The position numbers and the translations under genes are program-made. A model generated the notes under the pieces. It was given only the letters and a program-made list of their open reading frames with translations, did not search any database and was not told where the DNA came from. 64,000 nucleotides of DNA from Solobacterium sp. (GTDB lineage Bacteria; Bacillota_I; Bacilli_A; Erysipelotrichales; Erysipelotrichaceae): the NCBI GenBank assembly GCA_024680365.1, contig JAILCN010000168.1:5802-69801 (forward strand). Direction: 5' to 3'. Shown here piece after piece: positions 57,660 through 64,000 of the stretch. Each line of letters begins with the position of its first letter. Position 1 is the first letter of the stretch.

Positions 57660-58166
57660 ATGGGCAATACGATGAATATTCTTATCTCAGCGCTGTTTGG
57701 AACTGTCTCTGTGGTCATGTTCTATCGCTGGTATAAAGTAAACAGAAAAATCATGATCAAGGACCAGCAGTGGAGCTATCTGCGCATTATGGTCCTGATT
57801 CTCGGCATTCTGACAGCTGTTTCCCTGGTGACCGGCGGCGGTACGAATACGGTCTATGACTATTCCCGGATCGCTTTCACATTCCTTGCGGTCACTGCGT
57901 TCATGGCGCTGCGTGACGGCGTTGGTGAAGAGGGCATGGTATCGATCGGCAAATTCTATCCGTGGAGTGAAGTGACAGCGTACGACTATACGGAAAAGAA
58001 GAATACGATCGAAGTCTATTTCCAGCTGAAGTCGCAGAAGAAAAACAAGCCGGATGAGTACACGACGAAAGTTCTTGAATTCTCAAAGGAAGACAAGGAA
58101 AACCTGATGAAGTTCATGAAGATCAATCTCGGCAGAAAATATACGAGAATGAAGAGGAAGAAGTGA
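57660..58166 (+). CDS. Hypothetical membrane protein (3 TM plus soluble C-terminal domain)
   Basis: SD GAGGTG; hydrophobic N-terminal half; GVGEEG..FYPWSEV motif. Confidence 0.75.
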   Translation: MGNTMNILISALFGTVSVVMFYRWYKVNRKIMIKDQQWSYLRIMVLILGILTAVSLVTGGGTNTVYDYSRIAFTFLAVTAFMALRDGVGEEGMVSIGKFYPWSEVTAYDYTEKKNTIEVYFQLKSQKKNKPDEYTTKVLEFSKEDKENLMKFMKINLGRKYTRMKRKK

Positions 58167-58182
58167 TTTCACTTCTTTTTTT
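58157..58182 (+). terminator. Terminator before the nrtR promoter
   Basis: AAGAAGTGA-TT-TCACTTCTT plus T-run. Confidence 0.7.
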
Positions 58183-58183
58183 G

Positions 58184-58232
58184 TTGACAGGGCAGAAGAT
58201 CACTTCTATGATGGATATAGTCAAAATGACTA
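58184..58232 (+). promoter_or_regulatory. sigmaA promoter with NrtR operator
   Basis: TTGACA (58184)-N17-TATGAT (58207). Palindrome TAGTCA-AAA-TGACTA (58218-32) matches the GT-N7-AC core of NrtR boxes. Confidence 0.85.
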
Positions 58233-58244
58233 CAGGGGAAACAG

Positions 58245-59105
58245 ATGACAATACGAAATGAAAAAGGGCAGACCCTTGAGGAATTCCTTGCGGACTATGA
58301 CGAGAACCAGTACAGAAGGCCGAGCAACACGGTCGATATGATCCTGATGACCGTCAGTGACTGCAAACTGAAGATCCTTCTGGTGAAACGGAAAGACCAT
58401 CCGTTCATTCATGACTGGGCAATGCCGGGCGGATTCATCAATTTCGATGAGGACATGGAGACAGCGGTCAGACGGGAGCTTGCGGAAGAAACAAATATTA
58501 CGAAGAATACATATTTCCGTCAGCTGTATACATTCGGCAATGCCGACCGGGATCCCCGGACGAGGATCATTACGACCGCATATCTTTCCATGACGCCGGA
58601 ATCCTCCATCCGCCGGACGAAAGCAGGAGATGACGCAGCGGAGACAGCCTGGTTCACGATCTCAAAAGTGAAACAGAAAGCGGACGAGAAAGGACGCACT
58701 TCCATTCTCAGACTGGATGAAGATGAGAAAGATATCCATATCATCTACAAAGTAAAAGATACTGCCCGCTACAACTATATCGAGACGCGTTCCATCCTGG
58801 ATCCTTCATCCAATGCGAAGCTGGCGGCAGATCATGTCAAGGCTGTGAACATGGCGATGGACCAGGTGCAGAACCGGGCAGCTTCTACCGGCATCCTGTT
58901 CAATCTTCTGCCGGAACAGTGCACGCTAAGGGAGATGCAGAATGCCTATGAAGCGGTGATCGGCCACAAGACGGATACCGGCAACTTCCGCCGGGATATC
59001 CGGAAGATGCTGAAAGAGACCGGAAAAACGAAGAAGGTATCCGGCAAAGACGTAAAACTGTATTCATTCAATCCGATGTACACATATCTGGAGGAAAACT
59101 TATGA
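58245..59105 (+). CDS. nrtR: NrtR (Nudix + winged-HTH) NAD regulator
   Basis: WAMPGGF..E..RELAEET, QLYTFG..RDPR, C-terminal TLREMQ..YE..NFRR. Confidence 0.9.
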   Translation: MTIRNEKGQTLEEFLADYDENQYRRPSNTVDMILMTVSDCKLKILLVKRKDHPFIHDWAMPGGFINFDEDMETAVRRELAEETNITKNTYFRQLYTFGNADRDPRTRIITTAYLSMTPESSIRRTKAGDDAAETAWFTISKVKQKADEKGRTSILRLDEDEKDIHIIYKVKDTARYNYIETRSILDPSSNAKLAADHVKAVNMAMDQVQNRAASTGILFNLLPEQCTLREMQNAYEAVIGHKTDTGNFRRDIRKMLKETGKTKKVSGKDVKLYSFNPMYTYLEENL

Positions 59106-59620
59106 AAAAGATTCTTGTTGCCGTGGACATGCAGAAAGATTTCATTGACGGCTCCCTCGGCACGCCTGAGGCACAGCAGATCACAGAAGAAGTGGTCCGT
59201 GCGATCCGGGAAGGCGGCTATGACAAAGTCTATGCGACGATGGACACACACGGTCCTGACTATCTGAAAACAGAAGAGGGAAGAAATCTTCCGGTGGAAC
59301 ACTGCATCAGAGGAACAGACGGCTGGCAGTTTCCGGCAGAGATCCGGGAAGCACTGACAGAAGCCGGAGCAGAAGTGATCGAAAAACCTGCCTTCGGATC
59401 CCTTGTCCTGACTGAAAAGGTACGGGAAGAAGCGCCGGATGAGATCGTGCTGTGCGGATTATGCACAGATATCTGCGTGATCAGCAATGCTCTGCTTCTG
59501 AAAGCGGCATGTCATGAAGCGCAGATGAAAGTCATCGCGGCTGCCTGTGCCGGCGTCACGCCGGAAGCGCACGAAGCAGCTCTGAAAGTTATGCAGTCAT
59601 GCCAGATCGAGATCATCTGA
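59102..59620 (+). CDS. pncA: Nicotinamidase (isochorismatase family)
   Basis: VDMQKDF, DTH, EHC, K, GLCTDICV; operon context. Confidence 0.88.
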   Translation: MKKILVAVDMQKDFIDGSLGTPEAQQITEEVVRAIREGGYDKVYATMDTHGPDYLKTEEGRNLPVEHCIRGTDGWQFPAEIREALTEAGAEVIEKPAFGSLVLTEKVREEAPDEIVLCGLCTDICVISNALLLKAACHEAQMKVIAAACAGVTPEAHEAALKVMQSCQIEII

Positions 59621-59633
59621 GGAGGAAAGAACA

Positions 59634-61151
59634 ATGGCACTGATCAAAGTAGAACCGTATGTACCTGATGAAGATTATGACAACCCGGCGATGGTGACGG
59701 ACTTCTATGAGTTCACCATGGCAAATGCCATGTTTGAGCTCGGCTATAAAGACGTCGTCATGGTCTTTGACATGTTTTTCCGCAAGAACCCGGATGATCT
59801 GGGATATTCCATCAGCTGCGGTCAGCGCAAGCTGGTCCGTTTCCTGCAGAACTATCATTTCACCGATAAAGATATTGCCTGGCTGCGCTATAAGGGCATG
59901 AGCGAAGGCTTCTGTGAATATCTGAGAACGTACCGCTGGAAGGGTGACGTATACATGCTGAAGGAAGGCACGGTCTGCTATCCGCAGGTCCCGATGGTCC
60001 GCATTGAATGCGACATGGCCGGCGCGCTGCTGATCGAAACATATCTGCTTCAGACAATGAACTTCCATTCGCTGATCGCCACCAAGGCAACCAGGATCAC
60101 CGGCCTCAACACAAAGACGCCGCGCAAGGTCATGGAATTCGGCACCAGAAGAGCGCAGGGTGAATCAGCCGGAAACGACGGCGCCTACGCAGCAGTTCTG
60201 GGCGGCTGCATCGGCACTGCCAACTGCCTGGCGGAAATGCGCTTCGGACCGGATGTCAAAGCCGTCGGAACGATCGCGCACAGCTTCATTGAATTCTTCC
60301 CGAGCGAATATGAAGCATTCAAGGCATATGCGGATACATATCCTGACAATGTCGCGCTTCTGCTCGATACCTACAGCATCTTTGAATCCGGTCTTCCCAA
60401 TCTGATCAAAGTCGATGACTATCTGATCGAAAAATACCCGGACGATCCCAACAGGCGCGTCAAGAGCGCGAGAATTGACAGCGGCGACCTGGCCCGCGGC
60501 TACAAGCGTCTGAGAAAAGCGCTGGACGCTGCCGGCAAGAGCTACATCAAGCTTGTCGCATCCAATTCACTGGATGAGAAGAAGATGTCGAATATGGAAG
60601 TGTATGAAGACGCTCATTTCGATTCCTACGGCGTCGGTGAAAAGCTGATCACTTCCGCGACCGATCCGGTCTTCGGCGGCGTCTACAAGCTGGTCGCTGT
60701 CAGAGAAGCAGATGGTTCCTATACACCGAAGATGAAATGCTCCGACTCTGTTTCCAAGGCGATCATTCCGGGCAAGCTGATGGCATGGCGCGTCTTTGAC
60801 GCAGACGGCAAAGGTCAGTGCGACATCATTTCCCTCGACAGTGAAACGATCGAAGCCGGCAAAGAGATCGAAGTCGTCAACCTGGATCCTGACGCATATC
60901 CGAGAAACAGACACATCACGCCGGTCAGAGCCGAGAAACTGCTTGTTCCGCATATGATCAAAGGCGAGCTGGTCATCGATCTGCCTTCCATCAATGAGAA
61001 GAGAGATTATGTCAGACGTCAGCTGGAAAGCGAAGTCTGGGAAAGTGAGCTGCGTCCGGAATTCCCGCACAAGCATTACGTTGACCTGACGCTTGCGGTT
61101 TCCAGAATGCGTGAAGAACTGTACGACAAGCTGCACGGAGGCAGAATTTGA
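59634..61151 (+). CDS. pncB: Nicotinate phosphoribosyltransferase
   Basis: TDFYEFTM, EFGTRRAQ, GTIAHS, LLDTY, RIDSGDL, GVYKL. Confidence 0.95.
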   Translation: MALIKVEPYVPDEDYDNPAMVTDFYEFTMANAMFELGYKDVVMVFDMFFRKNPDDLGYSISCGQRKLVRFLQNYHFTDKDIAWLRYKGMSEGFCEYLRTYRWKGDVYMLKEGTVCYPQVPMVRIECDMAGALLIETYLLQTMNFHSLIATKATRITGLNTKTPRKVMEFGTRRAQGESAGNDGAYAAVLGGCIGTANCLAEMRFGPDVKAVGTIAHSFIEFFPSEYEAFKAYADTYPDNVALLLDTYSIFESGLPNLIKVDDYLIEKYPDDPNRRVKSARIDSGDLARGYKRLRKALDAAGKSYIKLVASNSLDEKKMSNMEVYEDAHFDSYGVGEKLITSATDPVFGGVYKLVAVREADGSYTPKMKCSDSVSKAIIPGKLMAWRVFDADGKGQCDIISLDSETIEAGKEIEVVNLDPDAYPRNRHITPVRAEKLLVPHMIKGELVIDLPSINEKRDYVRRQLESEVWESELRPEFPHKHYVDLTLAVSRMREELYDKLHGGRI

Positions 61152-61756
61152 AAGCCCTCGTATACGGCGGCGCCTTCAATCCGCCGACCAGAGCACATAT
61201 CGACCTCGCTGAATTCTGCATGAAGATGACCGGTCATGACAAAGTGATCTTTGTCCCTTCCAAAATGAGATACATCCAGGAAGATCAGAAAAAGGACTTT
61301 GCCTTTGATGATGAAACAAGACTGGGCATGCTTAGAAAGGCAGCGGAAAACAGAGCATGGATGGAAGTGTCTGATTATGAGCTGAACAGTGTCGAGCAGC
61401 CGCGTACCTATACGACGCTGTGTTATCTGCGTTCGCTGGGATACACATGTACGCTGCTGTTTGGCAGCGACAAACTGCCGGAGCTTGAGACAGGCTGGCG
61501 GTATGTGCGCGGGATCGCGGATGAATTCGGTATTGTCTGCATGGAACGGTACGGGGAAGACTGCGCGGTAATGATCGAAAATGATCCGTATCTGTCTTCT
61601 CTGAAAAACAGGATCACACTGATCCAGACCCCTGAAAAGTATCACGGTATTTCTTCTACAGAAGTACGTCAGCGCTTTGCGGATCTGCGCAGAGAATATG
61701 AAGAGCTCTGCGAACTGGTTCCGGAAGAGCTGGACGGCCTGCGGGAGTATCTCTAA
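61148..61756 (+). CDS. nadD: Nicotinate-nucleotide adenylyltransferase
   Basis: GGAFNPPTRAH, TYTTL, FGSD, ISSTEVR; TTG start. Confidence 0.9.
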   Translation: MKALVYGGAFNPPTRAHIDLAEFCMKMTGHDKVIFVPSKMRYIQEDQKKDFAFDDETRLGMLRKAAENRAWMEVSDYELNSVEQPRTYTTLCYLRSLGYTCTLLFGSDKLPELETGWRYVRGIADEFGIVCMERYGEDCAVMIENDPYLSSLKNRITLIQTPEKYHGISSTEVRQRFADLRREYEELCELVPEELDGLREYL

Positions 61757-61771
61757 GATCGAGGAGGAGTT

Positions 61772-63712
61772 ATGAAAAATACACTGCTGAAAGCGGCAGC
61801 CTGCGTTCCGGAAGTGAAGCCTGCCGATGTGAAATGGAATACAGCCCGGATCATTGATCTGATCCGTGAGAACAGAGACTGCGGACTGCTGGTGTTTCCC
61901 GAGCTCAGCGTCTGCGGCTATACCATCGGTGATCTGATCGTCAGCGAAGTACTGATCAGTGAAGCAGAGAAGGCAGTCCGGGAAATCGCCGCGGAAACAG
62001 CAGGCATGACGGCTGTGGTCGGCGTGCCGGTCCGTGAAGGCAATTCTTTCTACAACTGCGCGGCTGTGCTTTCAGACGGAGAAGTCAGAGCGCTGATCCC
62101 GAAGACATCCATTCCGTCTTATGGTGAGTTCGCGGAAGGAAGATGGTTCGCGTCCGGAAAGAATATCACCGGAAAAGTTATCCTTTACGGCGGATCCGCT
62201 GTTCCGTTTGGCAGCGATCTGATCATTGAAGATCCTGTGTACGGGATCAAAGCCGGCTGTGAGATCGGTGAAGATCTCTGGACGGCGGACGCTGCCGGAA
62301 TGCAGGCATGTCTGGCCGGGGCTGAGGTGATCTTCAGCCCGGCTGCCAGCAATGAACTGATCGGCAGGGCGGAATTCAGAAGAAAACTGATCGAAACAAG
62401 ATCTTCTCTCTGCAGCTGCGGTTACGTATATGCTTCTGCCGGCGTCAATGAATCCACGACAGACCTGGTCTTCTCCGGACATGCTCTGATCGCGGAAAAC
62501 GGACACCTTCTGAATGAATCGGTCTGGACACTGGAAAACAGCGCAGTCAAAGCGCTGATCGATATCCAGATGATCCGTCATAACAGGACCCGCAAAAATA
62601 CATATGAGACAAAAGATGACTGCCGGATCGTTCCTGCTGCGATGCCGTGCGTTTGCGGAAAGCCAGATATCAGCGCGGATGAAATGGCAGGCGTGCTGAA
62701 ACAGAGCGGCAGAACGATCAGCCGCATGCCGTTCATTCCTTCTGATCCGAAGGAACTGACTGAAAGATGCCGCACGATCCTGCAGATCCAGGCACACGGC
62801 CTTGCCCGCCGCGTCCGTTCGATCGGCCTCCGCACACTGGTGATCGGCATTTCCGGCGGTCTGGACAGCACCCTGGCACTGCTTGTCTGCGGCGAGGCAA
62901 AGAAGATCATCCCGGATCTCAGGATCATCGCCGTCACAATGCCCAGTGAAGGAAATACATCATCCCGTACCTATCAGAATGCGGTGGCGCTGATGGAAAG
63001 CCTCGGCGCAGAGATCCGCGAAGTTCCGATCCGCAGAGGCGTTGAGAGCCATCTGGAAGATATCGGACACGGGAGAGCTTATCAGGGTGAAGGCGATGTC
63101 ACATATGAAAACGCCCAGGCCAGAATGCGCACCTATATCCTGATGGATATCGCAAACATGGAGAACGGACTGGTCGTCGGTACCGGCGATCTGTCAGAGC
63201 TGGCTCTTGGCTGGTGCACATACAACGGCGATCATATGGCTATGTACGGTGTCAATGCGTCGGTTCCCAAAACGCTTGTCAGATATCTCTGCACAAACTA
63301 TGGTGACAACTGCGGGGATGAGAAGCTGAAAGAAGTGCTTTACAGCGTCGCTGAAACACCGATCACTCCCGAACTGACACCTTCCCAGGACGGTCAGTTT
63401 GCCCAGAAGACAGAAGAAAAGATCGGCAAATACGATCTGAATGATTTCTTCCTGTACTATTACGTACGCTGGGGATTTGCGCCTGAGAGGATCCTTGCCT
63501 GGACGATGGCGGCATATCCGGAAATTGACAAACAGACGCTGAAGGACGCGGAATCACGCTTCTTCAGAAGATTCTTCACCCAGCAGTTCAAGAGAAGCTG
63601 TCTGCCGGACGGTCCCAAGGTCGGATCAGTCGGACTTTCCCCGCGTGGAGACTGGCATATGCCGAGCGACGCAAGTGCAGCTCTCTGGCTTGAGAATCTT
63701 GAAAACGCGTAA
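61772..63712 (+). CDS. nadE: Two-domain (glutamine-type) NAD+ synthetase; glutaminase Cys replaced by Gly
   Basis: Nitrilase domain FPELS..GY, IPK, EIGEDLW; synthetase domain GISGGLDS, ENAQARMR, TGDLSE, FKRSCLP. Confidence 0.95.
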   Translation: MKNTLLKAAACVPEVKPADVKWNTARIIDLIRENRDCGLLVFPELSVCGYTIGDLIVSEVLISEAEKAVREIAAETAGMTAVVGVPVREGNSFYNCAAVLSDGEVRALIPKTSIPSYGEFAEGRWFASGKNITGKVILYGGSAVPFGSDLIIEDPVYGIKAGCEIGEDLWTADAAGMQACLAGAEVIFSPAASNELIGRAEFRRKLIETRSSLCSCGYVYASAGVNESTTDLVFSGHALIAENGHLLNESVWTLENSAVKALIDIQMIRHNRTRKNTYETKDDCRIVPAAMPCVCGKPDISADEMAGVLKQSGRTISRMPFIPSDPKELTERCRTILQIQAHGLARRVRSIGLRTLVIGISGGLDSTLALLVCGEAKKIIPDLRIIAVTMPSEGNTSSRTYQNAVALMESLGAEIREVPIRRGVESHLEDIGHGRAYQGEGDVTYENAQARMRTYILMDIANMENGLVVGTGDLSELALGWCTYNGDHMAMYGVNASVPKTLVRYLCTNYGDNCGDEKLKEVLYSVAETPITPELTPSQDGQFAQKTEEKIGKYDLNDFFLYYYVRWGFAPERILAWTMAAYPEIDKQTLKDAESRFFRRFFTQQFKRSCLPDGPKVGSVGLSPRGDWHMPSDASAALWLENLENA

Positions 63713-63716
63713 TACC

Positions 63717-63736
63717 AAACCTGCTCCGGCAGGTTT
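63717..63736 (+). terminator. nad operon terminator with truncated U-tail
   Basis: AAACCTGC-TCCG-GCAGGTTT, immediately followed by the presumed IS end. Confidence 0.6.
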
Positions 63737-64000
63737 CAGCCTGTTGACAAAGTCAAAAGACAAACAGAACCAAAGATGTTAGAATTAGAAAGGCAAGATG
63801 AGTACGTATCTATTCTCCTGTCTCCAACAGAGAATTTGTGCCTCTTGCCTTTTATTGTCGGGAAACGAGCATGCATGCATGGTATAATAAAAAAGGCGAT
63901 AGGAGAATAAGATTATGGCAATGACCAACCGCGGCAATCGTAAGCATGATTGTTTTATCTTCAGTACACTGGAAGAACTTGTACCACAGGATCATGAGGT
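63737..64000 (+). mobile_element. Left end of an IS1182-family insertion sequence (partial)
   Basis: Terminal-like sequence CAGCCTGTTGACAAAGT; lower GC; transposase start follows. The boundary is approximate. Confidence 0.6.
63915..64000 (+). CDS. IS1182-family transposase N-terminus (partial)
   Basis: MAMTNRGNRKHDCFIFSTLEELVPQDHE; LEELVPxDH is typical of IS1182 transposases. SD AGGAG and TGgTATAAT upstream. Confidence 0.7.
   Translation, partial: MAMTNRGNRKHDCFIFSTLEELVPQDHE

Overview
A mostly core-genome segment (roughly 50% GC) of a Firmicute. Gene content and order suggest Erysipelotrichaceae (Solobacterium/Bulleidia-like); this is an inference. In order: a partial TetR gene; lepB-rbgA-rnhB-dprA-topA-trmFO-xerC; the pyr operon pyrB-pyrC-carA-carB-pyrK-pyrD-pyrF-pyrE without pyrR; rpsB-tsf; a 3-gene minus-strand insertion; pyrH-frr-(ABC ATPase)-uppS-cdsA-dxr-rseP-galE; a GH73 autolysin; a frameshifted GNAT gene; nagA; a degenerate mannose-family PTS (IIA/IIC/IID, no IIB); radC; AI-2E permease-ZnuA-like lipoprotein-polA-mutM-coaE-dnaB-dnaI-pfkA; rnj; def; ftsW-rsmD-coaD; tandem CIRCE with hrcA-grpE-dnaK-dnaJ-clpB; an NrtR-boxed NAD salvage operon nrtR-pncA-pncB-nadD-nadE; and the left end of an IS1182-family element. 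No rRNA, tRNA or CRISPR array was seen. Three signals stand out. (1) The competence-associated genes dprA and radC, 32 kb apart, share the upstream motif AAAAC-N9-GG(C/A)ATATAT(G/A)AAT-N2/3-GGAGG, and in each the different N9 spacer base-pairs with that gene's own Shine-Dalgarno. This is a candidate competence-regulon promoter or RNA switch. (2) Both glutamine amidotransferases in the window, CarA and the glutaminase domain of NadE, have Gly in place of the catalytic Cys, suggesting a convergent shift to free ammonia. (3) Transport components that have lost their ligand residues: a ZnuA-like protein without metal-binding His, and PTS IIC/IID without IIB. All calls come from reading motifs by eye; no searches were run.
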